A stretch of 64,000 nucleotides of DNA from Yuukianura sp. NJ FZ-2021. Taxonomy: Eukaryota. The notes below the pieces were generated by a model. That model ran no database searches. It had not been told where the DNA came from and saw nothing but the letters and a program-made list of their open reading frames with translations. The stretch covers positions 4,526,001-4,590,000 of the forward strand of contig CM102284.1 in assembly GCA_046563655.1 (NCBI GenBank), read 5' to 3'. How positions within the stretch are numbered: position 1 is the first letter of the stretch; every line of letters starts with the position of its first letter. Below are positions 27,646 to 39,600 of this stretch, piece after piece. A program made the translations under genes and the position numbers.

Positions 27646-27683
27646 CTAATAAAATTTTCTTTTTTTTTGTGTTCTAGGTAAGT
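27646..27683 (+). other. Candidate recursive splice site (ratchet point) in the 48-kb intron
   Basis: CTAAT branch-like motif (27646-50), pyrimidine tract TTTTCTTTTTTTTTGTGTTCT, then AG (27676-77) immediately followed by GTAAGT (27678-83). Confidence 0.75.
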
Positions 27684-30600
27684 GTGAAAATTGACTTCAT
27701 CCTCGCTTGTTATTTGGCCTAATACGTCTCTTGACGGCGTTTCGTCTTTGGGCGGGCTGGAACATGAAGGAAGAGGCTTCTGCTTCAAAAGTGATGACGA
27801 ACAGTCAAAGGATAAAAAGTTCCGAAGTTATTTTTATGACTGGGTCTATCTCTCGCTGCTCATCTTCCCTCCTTAAGTTGAAGATTTGCTGACATATTGC
27901 TCTTGCTGGGATGTTCCAGAATCTAGGAGTGGTCTCTGTTGAGGTCAAAGGTTGAGGGCAAGGTCAACTGCGAATCCTTCTTTGGAGAATTGGACAAGTG
28001 GAGGGAGGATGGAGCAGAATAACAAGAGAGGGATGATGAAAGAAGTAAACTTCGTTGGGCTTTTTATTTTGGATGGTTGATGGTAAGGTGAGGACAGGCC
28101 TGATTTCACGCTTCGATAAAGAGAAGCCCTCTTCAGGATAATGGAATGGAGAGAAAACAATTAGAAATGGTTTCAAATTGGTTTAGGGGGAGGGGGGCCC
28201 TTGGGCAAAATCCAATTTTGTCCAGCTCATGGGCTAAAATTGTGCGTTTGAAGGTGGACGATCTGTGAGGATTTTGAAATTGAGGATTTGGATTGCAGTT
28301 TTCATAATCGAAATGTCACCATTTCAGTTTTGCCTGATTTTTATTTTTTGGAAGGTAGCGTCATTGAAAGCAATGGATTATTAAAAATGTGAAGATTCAT
28401 TCCGGATTTTTTGATGAGTATAATACTGCTCATTTTCATTTTCATTCTCGGAAATGTTTATGCTTGAGTGCACTTGAAATGCTGGAAATGAAAAGAGGAA
28501 GAAAGCTTTTCCGAATTTTTTGAAAATAATTATTAGCATGGAGTCGATAGACTTTCTCCGCTGATCCGTAACTTTCTCTCTCTTTTGTCATTTACTGACG
28601 ACAGAGTTAGAAGGAAATAATGCGTAAAAGGGGTAAAAGTTTTCCTCATTCGGAGAAAGCATATTAGAAAGTCAAATATGAAAAAGCCTGTTTTTATTTT
28701 GGAAAAAAAAATTCCTCTAATTTTGACTTTTTAGAAATTGTGAGTCACTTTTGAGTTCAGCGGAATAGAACGTTTGTACTTGAAATATTGATTGAAAAAT
28801 GAGGGGTTGACTTTTTGAAAAGTATTTTTTTTTTAAATTTCCCCCCACGTGATTAAGGGAATCATTGAAGTTCGAGCGGAGCTGACTTTTTCAATCCCAT
28901 CAGAATAATGGACTCACACGGTGGTCCTGGATTTTGTAAATACGTTTTTCAAGTAGGTTCGGCAGCTAGGAGCTTCTCAATTTCTGTTTTATTTGGAGGG
29001 AGGGGGATGATGACTTTCTTTTCGGAGAAAAAGTTGATTTTTTCTCTCCAAATGATCATTTTTTTGAAATTTTGACAGAAGAATAACCTAACCTTAAAGT
29101 AGCACTGGGGAAGAGGTGAGTAATTTGAAGTTGATTGGTTTTTTCTGTGAAAAGGAAGAATTCCTCCCCCTCATCATCTTTTTGTGTGATTTTGGAGGGT
29201 GTTTTTTTTTCACTCTGCTTTTGTTTGTAGAGGATTTTGACCGAGGTCGACCGTGGTCACAGGTCTCCACTGAATCTGTTATTAATTTAACTGGGGCGTT
29301 TATTAGAGGGGATGAGGAAGACAGGCGGTAATTGAAGGCTAGGGAACAACTACCTTGTTTCTTTGTATTGTTTGTTCTCCCCTCATGGTGTACTTTTGGG
29401 TAGGTTTGTTAGGCTAACCTGGTTAGGTTTTAGCCTAACAAACCCAGGAAAAAGTACCACGGTTTGTGTGTCCAGGTGAATTTTTGGGGTATGTTTGAGA
29501 AGTGTCTTAACACTTTGAAAAGAGGTTCGAAAGTGTTTGGGATTTTGTCTTTTTTAGAACAAGTCATCTTTGGGGGAGAGAAAAAAACGAAAAAGAAACA
29601 GAAAGAAAAAGCTTTTTGCCTTTTGTTCTTGAGATTTTCGAAAAAGAGGGAAGCTTGTTACCTCAAATCTTGGCGTCAGGGAAGGTGTCAGGCAAAGGAT
29701 CTTTTCTGGAAGATGTGATTTCAAAAAAACGAAAAAAAAAAATGAAAAAGTTGGTTTTTTGTTTGAAAGATGCGTTTAAGGTAGATTTGGACCAGATTAG
29801 ACTAGCTTCTCCGGAGGGAGGAAGAGAAATGTCGAAAAACATTTTTTTTTTGAAAATTGCGTAGAATTTTAACTGATCTGCCCCTACGGTGAAAATGGGC
29901 AGTTTGTGTAATTAAGTTCTCATTGTCGGCAGGTTAACTTCCGAGGGAGGTTTAGTGTCAATGATGTAATGTGTAGGTTTTTTGAAAAAGATCTTTTGTA
30001 AACATGCAAAATCCGTAGAAGATCCGGTTAGGTTGATTCTAGAACTGTCAAAAGCATTGGACAGTGAAATGGATTTTCAAGTAAAGAGGAATAAGCTTGT
30101 GGACCACCCAGACCTCCTCTGGTGGTCCACCTAGAGCAAAGATGACCACAATGGAACTTGGTGGCTCCTTGGAGTTATGACGGAAGGTGAGGCTTCAATT
30201 GTTCACAATTGTCACGCGATTTTCAGTGGTTTTTTGAATGTTGAGTGCAGGAGATGCGACATGTTTATGAAAGAGGCTTTTGTAATGTAGAATTTCGGAA
30301 AAGGAGACAAAAAAATTATTTGGGATTTTTTGAGGGTAGTAATCATGATTAAGTTCAAAAACCGGATTTCAAACGTGCCATACTTGTTTGTGGTTGAGAA
30401 AAAAAAATTGTTTCATTTTTTGGAAAAATTGTTCAATTTGTTTTGGAACAAATTGGCACGTTGACTTCTTCATGTAGGATTAGATTGGACTGAACCAATT
30501 GCAATTGGGAGCAATTTGGCAAAGTAGCAAATAAGTTTTTGAATTTTGTTGGATTTGGTTTAGGTGAAATAATTATTGTTGGAATTGCAATTTTGAAATA

Positions 30601-33600
30601 GTAGTTGATAAGGTACGTGACAGAGAATTGAGTTTAAGTTTTGAAATTTGAAATTTTGATGAAGCCTTTGGAAAGTTTATGACTGTTTAAATTGGACGCA
30701 GGGAGTGGAGTGATGTTGATTTTGTTTAGTGATTTTGAAGTCTTTGATCCCAAGTGAATGTTGTGTATGGTTTCTGGATTGGATTTCAGTTTGGAGTGAC
30801 CAGTGACGAGGGGAGATATGTTGGCAACGTAAGGTAACCTGTCTGTGGATTGGATTAATAATGAGTCTCTTTGTGCCAAGTGGACAAGATGAAATTGGTC
30901 TGAAAGCATAAGGGAGAGAGACCATAAATCAAAGAGATGACTCGTGGTTTATGAGCCAACTGAATCCAAATGAGGCTTTGGTCATTTTGGAATTGGCAGA
31001 GGACGACAGTCACTTCTCTGAGTGCTTTTCTGTAATAAGCAAATATTACAAAAACAAATATAAGCACTCTTTGGACTTGGAGATTTTAATTAGAGTTGGA
31101 CGAAAAGTACAAAGGACGGGAGACTCAGGGATTTCCGTGGACTAAACTTCATCAAAATCCGAATTTTCATGCTTCACTGAATTACAAATTTTGATTTTAA
31201 GTCGACTGTCGCATTTTGTCAAACCAGGCTGGATGTCGGACTTTGTAAAAAATTTTGGCTAGAATTTCCAAATTTCTAATTTTTTCTTGGATTTTGGTTT
31301 CGCGTCATGGGAAATTCGAAATGTTGAAAAATCTTAGTTTCGGCCGATTCGTGTAGGTGAAATAGATTGAACATCTTCTTGAGATTCGTTCATAAATTGT
31401 CTTATCAAATTTTCGCTTTAAGAAGTTTTTGAATTTTAAAATTCCATTCCATCCGTTTTTCTTTTTGGATTTTCCGATTTTCATTAAAAAAAAAGTGTAC
31501 CGAAATCTGTGAAGAAAGTCGAAATCTTTTTGGAATAATTGGAAATGCGTCATGCAAAAAACCGGGAATTGATTCTGCAGAATTGGAAAACTGATTCATT
31601 GCTAAAAACGAGATAGGACGATGAAGACTTTAAGGTTAGCCTAACCTGAAAATGAAAGAAAACATTAGCTTAGGCCATCTTCAAAGGTTACGTTAGGATA
31701 GGAAATCTTATGCTAGTTAGGTGAGGTTTGGGTTGAAAATGAGACGAAAGCGTAATTGTTCTTTGTGGATTTAAATTACATAATGACAGGGTTCAGTTTC
31801 AAACCAACTTTCTGACGTTTTTAAGAAGCATTGTGCCGGTTTGGTTTTCTTTTTCCAATTTTGTGTGATCCCGGGTGGTAAAAATAAGGTACACAAGGAG
31901 AGAAGTGGTTCGGTAGAAAAACAATGCTAAGGTGGCACTCCGGAAGAGTCATAAAGACAAAGACAAGAGGTAAATCACTCCATTTCTTACTGTTTTTTGA
32001 AGTCTGTTAAACTGTAAAGGGAGTGCGGTAGGTACAGTCGTTGTTCAATTACACTTTGCTTTCGGTCCTAATTTCCGACAAGGTACATCTTCTCCCAAGT
32101 AGATTTTTGTCTTTTGGCAGAAGAAGCGTAATTACAGGTCTTGTGTTTTACTATGCTAAACCGTCCCAGGAAGATCTCTCGTAGTGATCTTTAGTATTTA
32201 AAGACATCTTGTTGTTAAAATGGCCAAGTGGAAGATGAGCCGCTTGTTACTTTAGTTGCCGAAATGCCTGATTACTATGCGGCAACTCTTCAAACTAAAA
32301 GGATCTCTCACCTCAAGTACCCACCGCACCCTCAGTGTATTTCTAAACTCTACCTACTAGTTAGCAACCCATCAACAAACCCAGGAAAGTTAACCCTAAA
32401 CACAAGTCATTATCATTTCATCATTAGCAAAACCCATACAAACGTAGGATGAGTTTTTAAAACGGCGGGGCGTAGTAGTGTCTCGAAATTTTCAAATTCG
32501 AAGCGAGGTTAAGCTCTTTGCCGAGCCAAAACTGTTACCGAGTTCGGCTTTTTTGCTATGGTGGAAGTGTCACTTTTCTTTGAAACAAAAGTTGAAGACA
32601 TGCATTTTGAAAGATTGATTTTGAAAGCCGAGTTGACAGAAGTTGGATGTCAAAAAGTCATTTGTTGGTGACAGGGAAGCTTCGGAATGTTTGTGCGTGC
32701 AGAGGCTTTTGCCTTTGTACGTTTGAAATTTTGAAAGTTGAGGTTATGAATTTTGTTTGACTTGTAATTTATGGCCCTTCTGACTTGACATTTACATTTA
32801 TAGCTATTGTAATTTCTGGTAATAAGAAGAGGGAGACGCAAGTTTATTGGAGTGGGAGGGTACTTGGACCAAAAGGACTCAGGCCATTGTTGTTTTGGCC
32901 TCTGCGGAAATGTTCATGTAGTACTTGCGGATAACTGTTAAGAATTGGGATTGTTGAACTAATATCAGTATGTTAATTGAAAGTTTTAGGGTGCGCAGAA
33001 ATGATGCGCTGAAGATGTTTTGAAAAGGGAGAAACAGGGTTGTTTGGAACTGGGCGTTGTATTTGTTTCCGTCGCAGGATCATCAATTAATGTCAATACA
33101 TTTTGGGCCCGGTGCCAAGGGTTTGTCGGACTCCGACTAAGTTAGGCCTAGCCTTAACCGAAAACCTACCTTTTAAGTGTCTGATAGTCCGAAAACGTCT
33201 TTTGTCCAAATAAGTTCCTGGAAGAGGGCTTTTGTAAAGGAAAATTTATAATAGGCACAGCAAGGTAGCAGTGTAGCCCTTAAAGGGACGCCAGAAGACG
33301 GCGACTTATGAAACAGTTTTGCTTCTGTTTGGTTCCTTTTGTGACGATGATTGTCATATTGTTGGTTCGGCTGATCGATGGGACTGTTGATTTTTCCGAA
33401 AAGCAACCGAAAAGGTATCTTCGGGCGACGTCCATTTCTGCTCCTCCAAATAGAATTTTTGTGTTTTTTGAACCATTTTGAAATTTTTTTGAAGAAAAAT
33501 GTGGGATTTGATGTCATGCATTGTGTGGTTTGGTGACAGTGGTGATGGGAGAGGTGTAAATTGGAAGAGGTTAAGGTTAGGTTAAGACTAGGCTTTTGGT

Positions 33601-36600
33601 TAGGTTAAGGTTAGGTTTTGTGGGAGAGTAATGTTGTTATTGTTTGGGTGATGTAAGCTTTTTTGTTGAAAAAGAAGATAGATCCGGTGGATAAGACGAA
33701 TGTTATTGAGTAGAAATACTGCGTCTGCAATTTCCTTGTAACAAGATCGGATAACAAAAGAAAAGCTCTTGGATTGGGAAACTGCTGGGAAAGAAAAGTT
33801 CTTCTTTTCGGGAGAGAAAAGAAGAAAAGTTCCAAATTTTGTGTCCAGTTTGGTTTTTTTTTTTGAAAAAGGAAAATGGAATTTTCGGTGAATTGAGCTT
33901 AGATTTTTGAAAAGTGAATTGATCCTAATGTGTTCCTTTAGAATTTAAGAAAAATGAACCTCAAGAAGGATTTTTACTGGAACCGAATTAAAGAAGCTTT
34001 TCGATCTAATTGTTTCGATTTTTGAAAAAGTTTGCTTTTCAATTTCATGCTCCAATTTTCATTTCTTTTAAATTTCAGATTTCTTGTTAGTAATTTTGAA
34101 CTTTTTTCTTTATTCGGATTTTCGAAATAGACAAACCCGTTTACATTAACGGCGAGAATTCCCTTCTAGTTGTTTTTTGAAAAATCCGTTAAGAATTGGC
34201 AAACTTGTTTTGAAAAATGGAAAAGAATTCCCTTCTAGATATTTTTTTTTCGAAATCCTTAGAGTTCACAGCATGTTTTAAAAAGCAAAAAGGCCCTTGA
34301 GGAAAACATCAACTTTTGTGTGCGTTTGTTTATGAGGTTGTGGATGAGGTATGAAGGATTTTAAGTTGGCACCCTGCTCTTTCTCCGCAATACGACTTTT
34401 TAAGTGGAAGAAAGACAAAGGCAGAATATGATTGTTTATGAGGACAGGGCCAGGAACAGTCCGGAGGTGGTGACACGGCCATTATTTATGAACAGCTCCA
34501 GCTAGGCGCTCTTCTACCCGCGGCAAATTGGGGTCACGCATGGATTCACCAGGATGAGTCAAAAACTACCATCGTGTCATGTCCACTTAGGTTTTTCAAG
34601 ACAGGTCAAAATAAACTCAAAAGATGAGAATTGAGATTGACTAGATTTGGTATTCTAATCAAAATATTTTGTCCATCTTTCCATTTTTGTTTTAGGAAAA
34701 AATCGTGAATGTCAGAGAGATGTTAAAAACTCATTTGAGTCAAGAAAGCTAAAATGTTAAGCTCAAAACTCATTAAGAGTGAAAAGTGTTGGAGGAGTGG
34801 TGGAGTTCTGGACATGATGAAAATCCAGTTAGGAAGTGAACTTATTATTTTTTGTCCAGATTTGACTTAAGGGTGGAATTGAACCCTTGGAGATTTAAAA
34901 AGTACTTTTAAGAAGAGAGAGGTGAGAATGGACAGGCTAATTTGAGGGGAGATGAGGCCAAGGGACCCCTGTCTGTTGAGAGGTTAACCCTTGAAGTGTT
35001 TTTAATCTGGGTGAGACACGTCCATATGCTTTTTAAAATTTTGAAAGAAGGTGTTGGAGATAGCCTGGAGTAAGAAATTTAAGTGATCTCTGGAACTTTA
35101 GAACTGTAGTAATCATTAGACTTAAGTCCCAAGGGAGCCTTAAAGGGCCCATGTGCACTTCTTGACTGAGCTTTTTAGAGTTAGTATTTTACAGACCTGC
35201 ATTATTTTTCTTAAGACCTGTGATTATCACTACACAACCAAGAAACTAAGGGCCCCCATTGTCTCCTTATTAACACTTTGAGCAGTGGAAATCAGTCTAA
35301 AAGCTTAAACGATTCTAAAAACTCCCACTTTAGTACTCCAGGGATGTGTTTTTCTTTTCAAAGGACCCCCTGCAAGGGGGACTTGAAGAATTGCAAAATT
35401 TGCAAGACGGTTAACAGTTTAATGTTTGTTGTAAATCAATGTTCGGTAGATGTCGATAGGTTGGCTTTCTAGTGATTCGCCATCTGTTCAAGAACTGGCG
35501 CAGTGGTGTATTTTATTTTTTAAATAAATTTTTCAATTTAGATTTTTCTTTTTAAAAAGATAAAACACAAACACACTTCAAAAACATTTTTTAACGGAAG
35601 GTCAGGGTTTGTATTGTGTTTTGTTCCAAACCTTTGGCGCAATGATGGCGGTGTTTGATCCTGAAAGTGCAATAATTTTAAGAAGTTGTGGATGTTTTTT
35701 GATTATGGGATTTTAGTTCGGTTGGTTGTTCCGTTTTTCAAAATCTGTTTTGAAAAGATATTTTAACTTTTTTTTTCTTCGCCTAAACTTTTAAAGCTTT
35801 CTTCTGTTTTTATTTGCTCAACTTGTTCCTTCAGTTGTTTGTTTGAGTTTGAATAGAGGGAGAACTTTAGAAAATTGGACTTTGTTCTTCGTTTTTACTG
35901 CCGAATTTGAAAATGTTCTTGGCACTACACATATTCATTTCACATGAATGGAAATTGACATCCCAAAGGTCAAGCATAGGTCATTTCAGACAATGAACTC
36001 ACAAGTTGTTCAAATGAGAGCATATCGCAACTGTAAAATATTTAGGAAGATTGACGGAAGAATTGTGGCTTTTTTTTAGAATGGCGCTTAGAGACAACAT
36101 CGGTTCAAAAAAAGCTTTCACAACCAGTGTATATATTATATTAGAAGCTTTTGGGAAGTAACTTTTCGTTCCTGTTTTTTTTTTGTTTTCGAAATTTGGA
36201 AAATGAAAGTTACAAGCTCTGGTGCTACGAATCTGCATTTCTAGTGTCTTGAGAGACAGCAAATTGCTGTACTCGAGTTGAGAAGATTGAATTGAAGGGC
36301 TGGGCAGCGTAAATTATGAGACACAAATTAGTATTGGATGACCACATTTAGAGGTTGTCCACTTTTTAAAAAACGATGGAAGTGGGTTTTATTTTTCTAA
36401 ACACAAGTAAAATGGATTCTGAACAAGTGGTGAGAGATGTTGTTTGATTTGGATCTGGACCTTGGGGAGAGAGGACGATGCTTGTGCTAAGGTGAGAGGG
36501 AGGCGACAGGTTGAAGTTATATAAATTATGGTCATGCAATTCGCGACAGGTCATAAATAAGTCAATTCAAGTCCAAATGCTCAGTTGTTGTGTGGTAGAA

Positions 36601-39600
36601 TAAACCTAACTAACCTAACAACCTAACGGACTATTCTAAAGTTATAGTCTCTGACTTGTTTTGAGTGAGGATGTGGAGTGGATAGAGGAAGATGAAAGAG
36701 GCGGATATGGTTGTTTGGAGGGCAAGGGCCCTTAAGTCCCTGGAACTAACGCTTTCAAAAGGCTTATAACGAGGCATATAATTTCTTCACCTGTATGTGC
36801 TAAGTAGTGTTGTACTTTTCCTCAGGTGAATTTAAAAAAGACGGGAGAGAGTCATAATTTATGAAATTGTGTTCTGTGGAGATCCCTTGGAATTTAAGTC
36901 TGAAGGTGTTCAAGGCCCTTGTTGAATTTGTAAGGGTCCCTTGCCCATGCTGTCCCTGCTTCATCTTGTTCTCCTGTTATGCCCATAAATCTTTTCCAGT
37001 TTTCTTCTATTTAAGGGCTCGGGTTAATCAAAATTCAGGCCTAATTCCAATTAGTTAAAATTAGATTTCTATTTTCGAAATGGGGTACCCCTAGGAGAAG
37101 AATGGGCGCTCAACCTGTCCAATTCTTTAAATTAGATTTTTTGTGTATATTTTTTAAAAGGAAAGATGACCTAGAAGAGAGATTTAAATGGCGACACACA
37201 CTTGTTTTCAAAATGAGTAAAATTCTGAAGTTTCGTAGAAAAAAGTTTCAGTTATTAGGAAAATATCGGAGAAATTCTAGAGTTCCTGAGGAAAATTTTG
37301 ACTTAGAAAAGAAATCTGCTAATTGATTGATCTATGTATGTAGTTTAAGAAAAGTTTCGATTCAATACAGACAATAGTCTGTAGACAATATGAGAAGTGT
37401 TAAAATTTCGTTAAGAAATTGAATTTGGAGAAATTCTTTGGAAATCGACTAAGGTCGAGGTCGTTTAAAGCAAAATATGGAGAGTTTCTGGAAAATTTGT
37501 TAAAAGATGAAGTTTCTCGATCCACATCTTGTCCGCATTCGTTTTTTTAAGTTTTTTTTTTTTTTTAGTTTAGTTTAGAATTTTAGTTTTTCTTGTGAAT
37601 TTGATTCGTATGGTAAAAGCCTAATTCCGTGTGATTGTTTAGTTTCAAGTGCCTCTTCTTCTATCCCTGTCTCCGATTGCCTCTGTTGAAGTCCTTCGTC
37701 ACTGGAATCCGAATCCCTTTGACTCAGGTTCTTCAGACCGTAAACTGATCTCTGTCCGCGTTGAGAAGACGCCTCCTTCTCCACCAAGATGATTAAGAAA
37801 GAAAATCATAAGTCATTCTGAGTTGACGAAAAATAAAACCTATTCTCAGGATTTTTACCCGCTTGAACATCCAGGAACTTCTGGAAGCTCTCTCATGAAC
37901 CATTCTTCACTTGAAACATAATGTGATGCTTCATGCATGAATTTCCATTGTTATACTCCCGAAATCCTGCAACATACAACTTAGCTCCTAAGTTGAAACT
38001 TTCTGGAATTCCAAATCTCATTCAGCAAGTAAAAAAGTCAGGTTTAAGTGGAATGCTAAAAGATGTCCTAGAGAATAGCAAAGTAGGAAATTTTGATTTC
38101 AACAAACTTCGAATTTGAAAAAAAAACGCTGAACAGTGATCGGGAATTTATGTACATTCGTTCATCAAAGTGCGCAGGAGCGGGTTGTCATTTTGCAGTA
38201 CGAGAATTCAATTGTTCTTTTCGGAATTCCTGAATTCCTGAGTTTGACATGTACGATGTACCTAGGAACGTATCTAATCTGTCAATGTCTTAGGTTTAGA
38301 AGATTCTCTCTTGAGTGAGGGTGATTTAGTAGGATAGTTCATGCTCAGTTCGTATTATGAAAGTAATTAATTTGAGCCGGAATGAGGTTTTGATTTTTTG
38401 TTAAACGGGGAAAAGAATCGTGTGAAATGAGGCTTTCCACCCTCGGAAGAGATTTTTCAAGATGATGAAAAGAGGCAAAGATTAGTTCCATAAATAATCA
38501 GGTGAAAACTCTCCCTCTCTTTTTTGCAGGGTGGAAACGCACCCTTAACAGTTGAATCTCACCTGTACTTTGTTCCAGTTGAAGCTCGTTATTTCTGTGG
38601 TCGTAAAGGGGCCATGATCTGGAATAAATTTGGAGATGGAGATCTCTGTTCGGTCGTTCGTGCGTGTTGAGCCTTTGTTTCCTGGATAAATGGAGGAGAT
38701 GAGGATTTCAAGGGCAGGGAGCCCTTGAAGTTCTTAGCAAGAGTAGACTTTGGTTTTACCTTTAGCTTTTGAAAAACGAATTGGAGTCCTTATTACTTTG
38801 GCAGGAGAAAAGAGATCGTGACTTTGGGTGTTTTTCTTTAAAACGAGTTTCTTCTTAGAGAGAGTACTTAAGGACCCCTAATGAGGATCCAAAATTTACA
38901 CTAATAGTGGGAAAAATGGAGAGTATCGCAAGTGGGGATTTTTTTTTTCTTGAATCATGATCATTTCCTTGTTTTGGGATTTTTTGAAAATCGTTTTTTA
39001 GAATTTCTGTGCACTTAACCCCTTCTGAATCTCCTGTGGATCCGTTGTGGGCGGATCATTTTCCAAATTATGTGGTTTAGAATCAAAATTTTTTAAAGTT
39101 TGGATTGAGTTTCAAAACAAAATCTGGACGTCTCATTCCGTTCGTGTTTTCTGGATGATTAGAGACGCTCGAGGGAGGAGGGGTACTTGAATTGATTTCG
39201 CGTGTTTTATGGATTCTCACGAATGAGGTCTCATAGTTATGATCAAAATTAAACCTTGTTTTGAAAATTTTGGTGCAATTGACACACCCTGAACTAGAAT
39301 TTGGACCAATTTGTTTGTTACTGTGGTGCAGTACTTTTTGGAGTAATTTGGACTAAATTGTAAGTGCTGGGGCTATTTGAATAAGTTTAAACTCACGAAA
39401 GTGTTATTGTGAACTGTGAAGTCAGTTTTAGTAGAAAACTTGAGGCAGTTTACTCCCTCTAAAAATGGAAGTTGAAAGTATGTAGGGGCCCTTTTCTTAA
39501 GGGAAGAAGAGGGTACTTGAGAAATGCGACGACATCTAACGACGGCGGTGGTTTCAAGTTGTTTCACTTTTTAAGAAATAAAGTTTGTACTAAAATGTTT

